From assembly GCA_951406725.2 (NCBI GenBank), contig OX597843.1, positions 496,001 through 560,000 on the forward strand: a stretch of DNA of 64,000 nt, given 5' to 3'. The position numbers and the translations under genes are program-made. The stretch's first letter is position 1; every line of letters starts with the position of its first letter. The DNA is from Octopus vulgaris (lineage: Eukaryota). The notes beneath the pieces are model-generated. The model was given only the letters and a program-made list of their open reading frames with translations. It ran no database searches and was not told where the DNA came from. Positions 50,870 through 63,903 of this stretch are shown in pieces.

Positions 50870-50872
50870 TGA

Positions 50873-50904
<32 letters not shown>

Positions 50905-51345
50905 TAGGTAGATAGACAGACAGATAGTCAGATAGACTGATAGATAGACAGGCAATTTGATAGTCAGATAGACAGACAATCAGATAGACAGACAGTCAGA
51001 TAGACTGATAGACAGGCAATTGGACAGTCAGATAGACTGATAGATAGACAAGCAATTGGATAGTCAGATAGACAGACAGACAGTTGTATAGACTGATAGA
51101 TAGACAGACAATCAGATAGACAGACAGTCAGATAGACTGATAGACAGGCAATTGGACAGTCAGATAGACTGATAGATAGACAAGCAATTGGATAGTCAGA
51201 TAGACAGACAGACAGTTGTATAGACTGATAGATAGACAGGCAATCAGATAGGCAGACAGTCAGATAGACTAATAGATAGACAGACAATTGGATAGTCAGA
51301 TAGACAGACAATCAGATAGACAGATAGTCAGATAGACAGATAGAC
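50870..51345. repeat. GATA/GACA-derived minisatellite with a higher-order unit
   Basis: Recurring GCAATTGGA(C/T)AGTCAGATAGAC. Confidence 0.88.
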
Positions 51346-51707
51346 AAAGAAAGACACAGGCAGATAGTGTGTCAGATTAGAAAGAAAAGAGAAAAGTAGC
51401 AGCAAAGCACAGAAAAGAAATGCCCCAAGACAAGACCAAGAAACCAACAGTGTGCACTGTTGTTTGTGTGTACAGCAAGCAACAGGTCTGCCAGTGTCTC
51501 TTAACACAATTGGTGATGGCAAGAATTATGAATGCAGTAGGCTACAATGGTGCTGCTGCAGATGATGACGATGATGATGATGATGATGATGATGACGATG
51601 ATGGGAGGTCAGAGTTTAAATTGGCTGTGATAGGATGTTAGATTGTGAGACTTCGGTGGCAGTCAATTCCAGGAAAGGATGGAGCGGTGGGATGAGAAAC
51701 AGGACCA

Positions 51708-52200
51708 CGGTGATGGTGGTGGTGGTGGTGTTAGTGGTGGTGGTTGTGATGGTGATGGTGATGGTGGTGGTGTTAGTGATGGTGGTGGTAGTGGTATTGA
51801 TGGTGGTGGTGGTTGTAATGGTGGTGGTGGTGGTGTTAGTGATGGTGGTGGTAGTGGTGTTAGTGATGGTGGTGTTAGTGATGGTGGTGGTTGTGGTGGT
51901 TGTGATGGTTGTGGTAGTGATGGTAGTGATGGTGGTGGTTGTGATGGTGGTGTTAGTGATGGTGGTGGTTGTGGTGGTTGTGGTAGTGATGGTAGTGATG
52001 GTGGTGGTTGTGATGGTGGTGTTAGTGATGGTGGTGGTTGTGGTGGTTGTGATGGTTGTGGTAGTGATGGTAGTGATGGTGGTGGTTGTGATGGTGGTGT
52101 TAGTGATGGTGGTGGTTGTGGTGGTTGTGATGGTTGTGGTAGTGATGGTAGTGATGGTGGTGGTTGTGATGGTGGTGTTAGTGATGGTGGTGGTTGCGGT
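51708..52200. repeat. (GGT/GAT) compound repeat with a higher-order unit
   Basis: Recurring GGTGTTAGTGATGGTGGTGGTTGT. Confidence 0.9.
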
Positions 52201-52584
52201 GTGGAATCGAGGGTTTGCTGATGGGACAAAAGATGGAGGAAGTTGTAGAGGTGGCAGTAGCAGTGGTGGTGGCAGTAATAGTAGTTAGTGGCAGTAGCGG
52301 CAGTGGCGCTAGTGGCAGTGGTGGTAGGAAATATCGTTCCCAATAAGAGAAAACGGATGGATGAACGGAGGGATAGATGGATGCTGGGAGCAAATGGCAG
52401 AAACAGTGAAAATTAATGGAAAAATAAAAGAAAATGGATTTTCCTTTTCCGAAAACAGATTACACTACATCAATATCCAGGCTTTACAATAACACTATAT
52501 ATGCCTGTGTATACAGATGTTTATGTATATTACATATATAAATATATATTATATTACATACATTATATATAATATATATATATA

Positions 52585-53125
52585 TATGTATTATATATAC
52601 TATATATACATATATATATATTAGTTATTATATATACTATATATACATATATATATTTGTTATCATATATACTATATATACATTAAAGGTGGTGCTCCAG
52701 CATGACCACAGTCAAATGACTGAAACAAGTAAAAGAATAAAAGAAAGAAAAGAATATATATTTGTTATTATATATACTATATATACATATATATATACTA
52801 GTTATTATATATACTATATATACATATATATATTTGTTATTATATATACTATATATACATATATATATTTGTTATTATGTATACTATATATACATATATA
52901 TATTTGTTATTATGTATACTATATATACATATATATATTTGTTATTATGTATACTATATATACATATATATATTTGTTATTATATATACTATATATACAT
53001 ATATATATTTGTTATTATATATACTATATATACATATATATATTTGTTATTATATATACTATATATACATATATATATTTGTTATTACATATACTATATA
53101 TACATATATATATTTGTTATTATAT
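52585..53125. repeat. 35-bp AT-rich minisatellite interrupted by a SINE A tail (52685-52752)
   Basis: Unit TTTGTTATTATATATACTATATATACATATATATA (e.g. 52868, 52903). Confidence 0.9.
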
Positions 53126-55624
53126 AAGCATATAATACATGTTTATTATAAATATATTACCTTATATATATAATATATTAAACATGTATATTTATATTAT
53201 CTATATCATGTATATATATATATTATATTTTGTATACATATATATGTGTGCGCGTCATTTATATTTACTGTATGTGCATTAATTACAAATACATCTCTTT
53301 ACATATATATACACATATATAAACATAAATGCTCAGATGGGCAAAACAAGATTGTGGTGCACTGGACACATGTAGCGACATGTGGGAGAATCAATGTGTT
53401 CGTGCGACCCAGGTAATATTCGCTGCTACTCCGAGTAATACAGATAGCTGCATCCAAAAATGCTTTAAGCACCAAACACAATAAACACACTACAAATATA
53501 CACACATGTAGACATTTACATAAATATATATACACATATATATATATCACTATGTACAGGAGAGCAAAAGGCACAGATCCTTCGTGTCTTCAGATCAACA
53601 ATGTTAACCCGAAAGGAAGTCAGACCATGAAGGTGTAGCAACTATAAGTAGTTTTGAGTCCCTAAGTCAGTCCTGATTGAGCAGACCTATAATCAAAAGG
53701 CAACCCAGCCTCGACCACCCCATTGAATTTGTTTTTGTTGTGGCATAGTGCATCTAGGATTCACATTTTTCCAAGACGCATCCTTTAGTTCTTTCTTGCA
53801 TATACTTATTATTATTGTTTTAGTTACAGTTGGGTGTAGTACAGGCCGAGGGAGATTTGGCTGTTATTTCCGATTGGTCGAGTGACCACCTAAGGGCTTC
53901 CAAGATGAGACAGTTGAGCTTTGTACAGACATGTAGACACACAGACAGACAGCTGATGAAGATGGATTTTCCTGCACTCCACCACTTTGCTATGTATGCT
54001 TGCAAATGTACAATACATATATATTTGTGTGTATATAAATGTGTGTGCGTGTATGAGTGTATATAAATGTGTGTATGTGTGTATATAAATGTGTGTGTGT
54101 GATGTCCTGTTCTGTTTTTGATTAAATGTTAAAAGATTGATGGTGGTGAGTGATGGATTTCGAATGATGTTGAATTTGAAATTAGATGACGCTCTCGTCG
54201 TAATCTTCTACCGTGTTCCTTTGGCGATGATACAATATGAGATGGAGAAGATGATGACGATGATGATGATGATGACAGAAAAGAAAAGAAAATGGAAGAA
54301 TCAGAAGATGACCGTGGCAAGCATTGAATGACAATGGAAGACGAAGAATAAGAATAAGAAGAATAAGAAGAAGAATAAGAAGCAAGGAACACGAACAAGA
54401 AAGGGAGATGGAAAAACCAAAAAGGCCGATTCCGATTCACGTCGCAGCTACAAACTCGTCAAGCGTGGAAGAAGCTGCACGCACAAGCGATGCGCTTGGC
54501 GTTGCAAGAAATGGAGTAAAACGGCACAACGGGTACGACGGCGCGAGGCACCGAGGCGAATCGTGTCACACACAAAAAAAAAAACTTTAAAAAAAAATTT
54601 GATGTATATATATAAATAAAGTCAAACACATGCAAAAGACAAAAAAAAAAAAACCCAACGAAATACAACTAATTAGCAAAATTTAGTAATTAATTCTTAA
54701 TTGGTCAACCACAAAAATATAATAATAAATTGCAATCCATTCTCATAGCTATTGCTGTTGTTGTTATTGTTGTTGTTGATTTTTCAGGAGGTTTTTTTTA
54801 TGTTTTTCCTTACTTCTTTTACGCCCTTTTTGTTACAATTATTATTATTATTATTATTGTTGTTGTTGTTGATTTTTCAGGAGGTTTTTGTATGTTTTTC
54901 CTTACTTCTTTTACGTCCTTTTTGTTACAATTATTATTGTTGTTGTTGTTGTTGTTGATAATCTCCTTTGTTTTTTTTTTATATATATTTTATATTATAT
55001 ATATATTATATATATATTATATATATTTAAAGGCGGTGCTCCAGCATGGCCGCAGTCAAATGACTGAAACAAGTAAAAGAGTAAAGAGTAAAAGAGATAT
55101 TTTTGTCAATTTTCCAATCCTGGGTCCTTTTATTCCCTATTTTCTCCCCTCTTTCATCGTCTGTGGCATATAATCGCTATTGTTGTTGTTGTTATTGTCG
55201 CCGTCTTCGTTGCACTCCGTCCTGTGCAATTGTGCAATTGCACTGCACCTTCTTCGGAAAATGGTCGTTCCAGCAGGTGTTGTCCAAGGACGGACGATGG
55301 GGTGGTGGGTGTCCAAGACAAGGGGTGGGGTCCTAAACAGGTATTAAAACATCACTGCCAAAGACGGACAAAGCGGAGAGGGGGATCCGTTGTTGGTCCA
55401 ATACTCCATTAGCATCTCCGAGGCAACAGGCTGCTGCTGTCACTGCCGCTGTCGCTGTTAACAGTTGTAATTCCAGTTATAGTCTCTTATTGATATTGTT
55501 ATTGCTGCTGCTGTTGCTGCTGCTGCAGTTAATGTGTGTATATCAGTGGTGGCGGTGGTCGTGGCGACGAGGAAGGGGAGCTACGAGACACAACACCAGC
55601 TGCTGTTAACTGCAACTACTACTA

Positions 55625-56960
55625 CTGATGCTGCTGATGTTGCCGCTGCTGCTGCTGGTGGTGATTATTATAATAATAAGGATGCTGCTGCTGATCTTGC
55701 TATCATTGCTGCTGTTGATGATGATGGTGATGATTGTAATAAAGATGCTGCTGTTGTTGTTGATGGCACTGCTGCTGTTCCTATCATTGCTGCTGTTGAT
55801 GGTAACCCTGCTGATGATGATGATGATTACAACAAAGATGCTGCTGCTGTTGTTGTTGGTGCTGCTGCTCTTCCTATCATTGCTGCTGCTGATGGTGATG
55901 ATTATAATAATGATGCTGCTGTTGTTGTTGTTGGTGCTGCTGCTGTTGATGATAATCCTGCTGCTGCTGATGGTGATGGTTATAGTAAAGATGCTGCTGC
56001 TGTTGTTGTTGGCGCTGCTGCTCTTCCTATCATTGCTGCTGCTGATGGTGATGATTATAATAAAGATGCTGCTGCTGTTGTTGTTGGTGCTGCTGCTGTT
56101 GATGATAATCCCGCTGCTGCTGATGGTGATGGTTATAGTAAAGATGCTGCTGCTGTTGTTGTTGGCGCTGCTGCTCTTCCTATCATTGCTGCTGCTGATG
56201 TTGATGATTATAATAAAGATGCTGCTGCTGTTGTTGTTGGTGCTGCTGCTGTTGATGATAATCCCGCTGCTGCTGATGGTGATGGTTATAGTAAAGATGC
56301 TGCTGCTGTTGTTGTTGGTGCTGCTGCTCTTCCTATCATTGCTGCTGCTGATGGTGATGATTATAATAAAGATGCTGCTGCTGTTGTTGTTGGTGCTGCT
56401 GCTCTTCCTATCATTGCTGCTGCTGATGGTGATGATTATAATAAAGATGCTGCTGCTGTTGTTGTTGGTGCTGCTGCTGTTGATGATAATCCCGCTGCTG
56501 CTGATGGTGATGGTTATAGTAAAGATGCTGCTGCTGTTGTTGTTGGCGCTGCTGCTCTTCCTATCATTGCTGCTGCTGATGGTGATGATTATAATAAAGA
56601 TGCTGCTGCTGTTGTTGTTGGTGCTGCTGCTGTTGATGATAATCCCGCTGCTGCTGATGGTGATGGTTATAGTAAAGATGCTGCTGCTGTTGTTGTTGGC
56701 GCTGCTGCTCTTCCTATCATTGCTGCTGCTGATGGTGATGATTATAATAAAGATGCTGCTGCTGTTGTTGTTGGTGCTGCTGCTGTTGATGATAATCCTG
56801 CTGCTGCTGATGGTGATGGTTATAGTAAAGATGCTGCTGCTGTTGTTGTTGGCGCTGCTGCTCTTCCTATCATTGCTGCTGTTGATGATAATCCCACTGC
56901 TGCTGCTGCAGACGATGCTGCTAGTGACTATTATGATAAAGACATTGCTGCTGTCATTGG
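55625..56960. repeat. GCT/GTT/GAT minisatellite, 153-bp higher-order unit (78+75 bp)
   Basis: GATGATTATAATAAAGATGCT landmarks at 56050 and 56203; open in three frames. Confidence 0.92.
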
Positions 56961-57492
56961 CGCTGCTGCCGCTGTTTGTATTGCTGCAGCTGATGATGGT
57001 GATGACGATGACAACAATGACGGTGTAGTTGTTATTCCTGCTGCTGCTGTTGCTGCTGCTGTAGTCTTGGTTAAACAATGTCTGTATGTGTACAACAGGA
57101 GACGACGCCTGCAGCAGATGCCGCTGCCGCTGCTGCTAACGCTGCCTTCGATGCCGCTGACGATGATAGTGATGGTAATGATGCTACTGCTGGTGCCGTT
57201 GGTGCTGCAGTAGTCTGGTGTATGTAGAATGGGAGACAACTACAACTGCTACTACTACTAAAACTGCCACTGTTCTTATAATGATGGTGATGGTGATGGT
57301 GGTGGTGGTGGTGGTGGCGGTGTCATTGTTGCTGAGTGGCAGCAACAGAGCAGCTGGTGTTTGTTGTTGTTTGTTGCTGTTGTTGTTGTTGTTGTTGTAT
57401 GCACTGTTGCAGTCGATGTTAGCTCGCAGAGTTTGGTGGTGGTGGTCGTGGTAGGAGGAGCAGTAAAACTGACGGAAATGCAGACAAACACA

Positions 57493-57542
<50 letters not shown>

Positions 57543-57632
57543 CAGAAAGGGAGAAAGAGACAGACAGACAGACAAAGTATGTAATGGATAGACAGACGGA
57601 GAAAGAAAGAGAGAGAGAGAGAGAGTCAAACA

Positions 57633-58210
57633 TTGATGGATGGATAGATATAGATGGATAGATGGATGGAGATAGATAGACAGATAGATGAATGGATAGA
57701 TGGATGGACGGACAGACAGACGGATGGATAGATAGATGGGTGGATAGATAGATGGATGGGTGGATAGGTGAATGGATAGATAGATAGATGGATGGGTGGA
57801 TAGATGAATGGGTAGATAGATGAATGGGTAGATAGATGAATGGGTGGATAGGTGAATGGATAGATAGATGGATGGGTGGGTGGATAGATGAATGGGTAGA
57901 TAGATGGATGGGTGGATAGATGAATGGGTAGATAGATGGATGGGTGGATAGGTGAATGGATAGATAGATAGATGGATGGGTGGATAGATGAATGGGTAGA
58001 TAGATGGATGGGTGGATAGATGAATGGGTAGATAGATGGATGGGTGGATAGGTGAATGGATAGATAGATAGATAGATGGGTGGATAGGTGAATGGATAGA
58101 TAGATAGATAGATGGGTGGATAGATAGATAGATGGATGGACGGACAGACAGACGGATGGATAGATAGATGGGTAGATAGATAGATGGATGGATGGATAGA
58201 TTGATGAATG

Positions 58211-58296
<86 letters not shown>

Positions 58297-58322
58297 CAGA
58301 TAGATAGATAGATGGATTGATG
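57633..58322. repeat. (GATA/GGAT/GGGT) compound repeat
   Basis: Direct reading. Confidence 0.93.
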
Positions 58323-58625
58323 GACTAACACATACAAAGAGACAGATATATATAGACACAGACAAACAAATGAACAGATACATAGATGTATGTGTGTGTG
58401 TGTGTGTGAGGTTCTCCTGTCAATCTCAACACATGAGGGCCCTACAACCAATACTATAATATTTAGGATTGCCACACAGATGGTTCTCTTTTAGTAAAGA
58501 AGACTCATATCGGACCAGACACACTCAGAGGAAACGTTGATAGCAGAAAGTTGGGGCAAATGCTTGTCACAAACTCAATAAGCAACACATCTCAGGCCTT
58601 CTTTTCTCCAAGTTCTTCTCCAAGT

Positions 58626-59215
58626 GAAGACGCATGGTTCACTGGTTAGAGCGTGAGGCTCACAATCATGAGGTAGTGAGTTCAATTCCCGGACCAGGCT
58701 GTGTGTTGTGTTCTTGAGCAAGACTCTTTATTTTACATTGCTTCAGTTCATTCAGCTGTAGAATTGAGTTGCGACATCACTGGTGCCAAGCTGTATCGGC
58801 CCCTTTGCCTTTCCCTTGATAACATCAGTGGCATGGAGAGGAGGAGGCTGGTATGCATGGGCGACTGCAAGGCAGCGAGCTGGCAGAAACATTAGCAGGC
58901 TGGGCGAAATGCTTAGCAGTATTTTGTCTGCCGCTACGTTCTGAGTTCAAATTCCGCCGAGGTCGACTTTGCCTTTCATCCTTTCGGGGTCGATTAAATA
59001 AGTACCAGTTACGCACTGGGGTCGATATAATCGACTTAATCCGTTTGTCTGTCCTTTGTCCCCTCTGTGTTTAGCCCCTTGTGGGTAGTAAAGAAATAGG
59101 TATGCATGGGCGACTGCTGGTCTTCCATAAACAACCTTGCCCAGACCTGTGCCTTGCAGGGGAACTTGCTCGGTGCAATCCCATGGTCGTGAATGACCAA
59201 AGAGAATTTTTACTC
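58626..59215 (+). mobile_element. SINE family D with a nested SINE family C (58869-59098)
   Basis: 19-bp TSD GGTATGCATGGGCGACTGC at 58850-58868 and 59099-59117. Confidence 0.9.
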
Positions 59216-59357
59216 CTCATCGTTTCTTCTCCATCTCCGGGGCTAGTTGACTTTGCAAAGTGGCTTAGAGTCCGACTCTCTCAGGTAGACTGAATGTGAA
59301 CCTGGGCACCAAAAGTCTTTCTGTGTGTGTGCATATGTAATCATCCTCCTCGTCATC

Positions 59358-62300
59358 GTGGAGGCACATGGCCTAGTGGTTAGAGCAGCGGACTCGCGGT
59401 CGAGGGATCGCAGGTTCGAATCTCAGACCGAGCGATGTGTGTGTTTATGAGCGAAAACACCTAAGCTCCACGCGGCTCCGGCAGAAGATAATGGTGAACT
59501 TCTACCAGTTAGTAGTGGTTAGAGCAGCAGACTCGCGGTCGAGGGATCGCAGGTTCGAATCTCAGACCGAGCGATGTGTGTGTTTATGAGCGAAAACACC
59601 TAAGCTCCACGCGGCTCCGGCAGAAGATAATGGTGAACTTCTACCAGTTAGTGGAGGCACATGGCCTAGTGGTTAGAGCAGCGGACTCGCGGTCGAGGGA
59701 TCGCAGGTTCGAATCTCAGACCGAGCGATGTGTGTGTTTATGAGCGAAAACACCTAAGCTCCACGCGGCTCCGGCAGAAGATAATGGTGAACTTCTACCA
59801 GTTAGTGGAGGCACATGGCCTAGTGGTTAGAGCAGCGGACTCGCGGTCGAGGGATCGCAGGTTCGAATCTCAGACCGAGCGATGTGTGTGTTTATGAGCG
59901 AAAACACCTAAGCTCCACGCGGCTCCGGCAGAAGATAATGGTGAACTTCTACCAGTTAGTGGAGGCACATGGCCTAGTGGTTAGAGCAGCGGACTCGCGG
60001 TCGAGGGATCGCAGGTTCGAATCTCAGACCGAGCGATGTGTGTGTTTATGAGCGAAAACACCTAAGCTCCACGCGGCTCCGGCAGAAGGTAATGGTGAAC
60101 TTCTACCAGTTAGTGGAGGCACATGGCCTAGTGGTTAGAGCAGCAGACTCGCGGTCGAGGGATCGCAGGTTCGAATCTCAGACCGAGCGATGTGTGTGTT
60201 TATGAGCGAAAACACCTAAGCTCCACGCGGCTCCGGCAGAAGGTAATGGTGAACTTCTACCAGTTAGTGGAGGCACATGGCCTAGTGGTTAGAGCAGCGG
60301 ACTCGCGGTCGAGGGATCGCAGGTTCGAATCTCAGACCGAGCGATGTGTGTGTTTATGAGCGAAAACACCTAAGCTCCACGCGGCTCCGGCAGAAGGTAA
60401 TGGTGAACTTCTACCAGTTATGGAGGCACATGGCCTAGTGGTTAGAGCAGCGGACTCGCGGTCGAGGGATCGCAGGTTCGAATCTCAGACCGAGCGATGT
60501 GTGTGTTTATGAGCGAAAACACCTAAGCTCCACGCGGCTCCGGCAGAAGGTAATGGTGAACTTCTACCAGTTAGTGGAGGCACATGGCCTAGTGGTTAGA
60601 GCAGCAGACTCGCGGTCGAGGGATCGCAGGTTCGAATCTCAGACCGAGCGATGTGTGCGTTTATGAGCGAAAACACCTAAGCTCCTCGCGGCTCCGGCAG
60701 AAGATAATGGTGAACTTCTACCAGTTAGTGGAGGCACATGGCCTAGTGGTTAGAGCAGCAGACTCGCGGTCGAGGGATCGCAGGTTCGAATCTCAGACCG
60801 AGCGATGTGTGCGTTTATGAGCGAAAACACCTAAGCTCCTCGCGGCTCCGGCAGAAGATAATGGTGAACTTCTACCAGTTAGTGGAGGCACATGGCCTAG
60901 TGGTTAGAGCAGCAGACTCGCGGTCGAGGGATCGCAAGTTCGAATCTCAGACCGAGCGATGTGTGTGTTTATGAGCGAAAACACCTAAGCTCCTCGCGGC
61001 TCCGGCAGAAGATAATGGTGAACTTCTACCAGTTAGTGGAGGCACATGGCCTAGTGGTTAGAGCAGCAGACTCGCGGTCGAGGGATCATGCAGGTTCGAA
61101 TCTCAGACCGAGCGATGTGTGTGTTTATGAGCGAAAACACCTAAGCTCCACGCGGCTCCGGCAGAAGGTAATGGTGAACTTCTACCAGTTAGTGGAGGCA
61201 CATGGCCTAGTGGTTAGAGCAGCAGACTCGCGGTCGAGGGATCGCAGGTTCGAATCTCAGACCGAGCGATGTGTGTGTTTATGAGCGAAAACACCTAAGC
61301 TCCACGCGGCTCCGGCAGAAGATAATGGTGAACTTCTACCAGTTAGTGGAGTCACATGGCCTAGTGGTTAGAGCAGCAGACTCGCGGTCGAGGGATCGCA
61401 GGTTCGAATCTCAGACCGAGCGATGTGTGTGTTTATGAGCGAAAACACCTAAGCTCCTCGCGGCTCCGGCAGAAGATAATGGTGAACTTCTACCAGTTAG
61501 TGGAGTCACATGGCCTAGTGGTTAGAGCAGCAGACTCGCGGTCGAGGGATCGCGGGTTCGAATCTCAGACCGGGCGATGTGTGTGTTTATGAGCGAAAAC
61601 ACCTAAGCTCCTCGCGGCTCCGGCAGAAGATAATGGTGAACTTCTACCAGTTAGTGGAGTCACATGGCCTAGTGGTTAGAGCAGCAGACTCGCAGTCGAG
61701 GGATCGCGGGTTCGAATCTCAGACCGGGCGATGTGTGTGTTTATGAGCGAAAACACCTAAGCTCCTCGCGGCTCCGGCAGAAGATAATGGTGAACTTCTA
61801 CCAGTTAGTGGAGGCACATGGCCTAGTGGTTAGAGCAGCAGACTCGCGGTCGAGGGATCGCAGGTTCGAATCTCAGACCGAGCTATGTGTGTGTTTATGA
61901 GCGAAAACACCTAAGCTCCTCGCGGCTCCGGCAGAAGATAATGGTGAACTTCTACCAGTTAGTGGAGGCACATGGCCTAGTGGTTAGAGCAGCAGACTCG
62001 CGGTCGAGGGATCGCGGGTTCGAATCTCAGACCGGGCGATGTGTGTGTTTATGAGCGAAAACACCTAAGCTCCTCGTGGCTCCGACAGAAGGTAATGGCG
62101 AAACTTCTGCTGACTCTTTCGCCACAACTTTCTCTCACTCTTTCCTCCTGCATCTTGCAGCTCACCTGCGATGGACCAGTGTCCCGTCCAGGTGGGGGAC
62201 CTATACGCCAAGAAACCGGGAAACCAGCCCTTATGCGCCTGGCATGGCTCGAGAAGGAACATTTATTTTTGTGGAGGCACATGGCCTAGTGGTTAGAGCA

Positions 62301-62553
62301 GCGGACTCGCATCGAGGGATCGCGGGTTCGAATCTCAGACCGGCCGATGTGTGTGTTTATGAGCGAAAACACCTAAGCTCCACGCGGCTCCGGCAGAAGG
62401 TAATGGTGAGACTTCTGCTGACTCTTTCACCCCACAACTTTCTCTCACTTTTTCCTCCTGAACCTTGCAGCTCGCCTGCGACAGACCAGTGTCCCGTCCA
62501 GGTGGGGAACCTATACGCCAAGGAAACCGGCTCGAGAAGGAACAAACAACATC
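59358..62553 (+). repeat. Tandem array of 17 SINE-F head units (154 bp) followed by a full SINE-F dimer
   Basis: Unit starts at 59358, 59512 (139 bp), 59651, 59805, 59959, 60113, 60267, 60421, 60574, 60728, 60882, 61036, 61192, 61346, 61500, 61654, 61808; full monomers at 61962 and 62271; A box TGGCCTAGTGG and B box GGTTCGAATC. Confidence 0.95.
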
Positions 62554-62825
62554 AACAATCCTCCTCCTCTTCTACCTCCTCCTCCTCATCATCATCCTTT
62601 AATGATCTCTTTCCATACTGGCATGGGTTGGACAGTTTGACCAGAACTGGGAAGCAAGGAGAGTTACACTAGGTTCCAGTCTGTTTATGTCCCTTTCAAT
62701 TAGCGGTTTGGCAAAAAGTGACCAACAGGGGCATTTGAACTCAGAAATACCGCTAAAGCATTTCACCCGGCTTGCTAATGATTCTGCCAGCCCACCACCT
62801 TAATAATGATAATAATAATAATAAT

Positions 62826-63235
62826 CACAATATAGCGGCAAAAGAATTTGACAAGATTAGTAAATATAAAGACCTACTAATGGAAATTGAAAAAATGTGG
62901 CATCTCAAGGCGACTACAGTACCAGTGATTGTAGGATCTCTAGGAATGCTAAAAAGGTACTGAAACCTATTTGAAAATGATTCCAGGCTTACCATCCCTA
63001 CAGGAAGTGCAAAAAATCGTGTTAACTGGAACGGCTCATGTACTGAGAAGAGCATTATCGCTGTGAAAACAACATCCATCCATGAATTTACTTATTTATG
63101 AATTTTTAAATACATATTTTATCTGTGAATTTGCGTGTGTAATCTGGGAATGCATATAATGCCCTTCTCTGCCCTAGGTGTATGGAAAACACTCGGCGAG
63201 AAACGGAAGAAAATTTGAAGAAAGAAGGAAAAAAC
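62826..63235 (+). pseudogene. 3' fragment of an RLE-type non-LTR element (R4/Dong-like) in (TAA)n
   Basis: KEFDKISKYKDL..EIEKMW..VPVIVGSLG, frameshift, then LQEVQKIVLTGTAHVLRRAL; (TAA)n on both flanks. Confidence 0.8.
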
Positions 63236-63249
63236 ATAATAATAATTAT

Positions 63250-63820
63250 AAATGCCCTGATGCAGTACCAGACAGTGGCTCTCATGGCTTCTGATCTTAA
63301 CTGATTGGAAGTGTTATCATGTACATTGTTTTGTCTTGGTATGAAAGATGGACTACAGCAAATATTCTGCTCAATACCACAGATTTGCTTGTCAGTTGTT
63401 TGACCTTAACCAGTTGAGCATGTCCCTTAGTGGCTGACGATATGTGCATATCTGATCATGAGCAGAAGTAGTGGGGGAGCATCATAGCAATGTGTTGAAA
63501 GGAATTCTTAGAGGTTTGGATAAATATACCTTTGGAAACATGGATGGTTTGTTCAACATCCTTAAACAACCCTTATTCAGGAACCTTTTAAGCAGGATGG
63601 GTTACTCAACCTAAAGAAAATTCTAACTGGGCCCCACCTGCAAGGTCATGTGCTGTTTATCTTGATATGAGATCACCATGTTGCACACATATGGTTGTGA
63701 TGCATGTGCCTGGTGTACCCTTATCAGATGGGTAGTCATGATGGGTATACCGGGCTTTGTATATTTTACCCCAGTGTCACTTTGATGACATGCACTGCTC
63801 TCTCACTCAATAATAATAAT
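63250..63820 (+). mobile_element. Unclassified element ending in (TAA)n
   Basis: About 560 bp of complex sequence bounded by AAT repeats; family unidentified. Confidence 0.35.
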
Positions 63821-63903
63821 AATGGTTTCAAATTTTTGCAAATTTCAGGGGCTTGGGTAAGTCAATTATATCAACCCCAGTGTGTAACTGGTATTTTATT
63901 TAT

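Noticed and set aside
53580-53600. Minus-strand CTGAAGA..GAAG hammerhead candidate
   Set aside because: No GAAA, no stem II and no cleavage triplet
272-58475. Dozens of long ORFs (poly-YI, CV, HT, poly-K/E/I/H/S)
   Set aside because: They are translations of di-, tri- and tetranucleotide microsatellites, open in several frames at once
59440-59465. TTATGAGCGAAAACAC as a hammerhead (retrozyme) in the array unit
   Set aside because: It lacks CUGA and the stems, and it aligns with the CORE-like TTGAGCAAGACAC block of the other SINEs
60679-60725. HDV-like ribozyme (AGC-TCCTCGCG-GCT resembles P3/L3)
   Set aside because: No P1 helix can be built between P3 and the GG/P4 hairpin, and P2 is poor. 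Kept only as a conserved hairpin.
59358-62270. CRISPR-like or genuine tRNA gene array
   Set aside because: There are no unique spacers and no cas genes. The units match dispersed SINE F, and the anticodon and acceptor stems do not pair properly.
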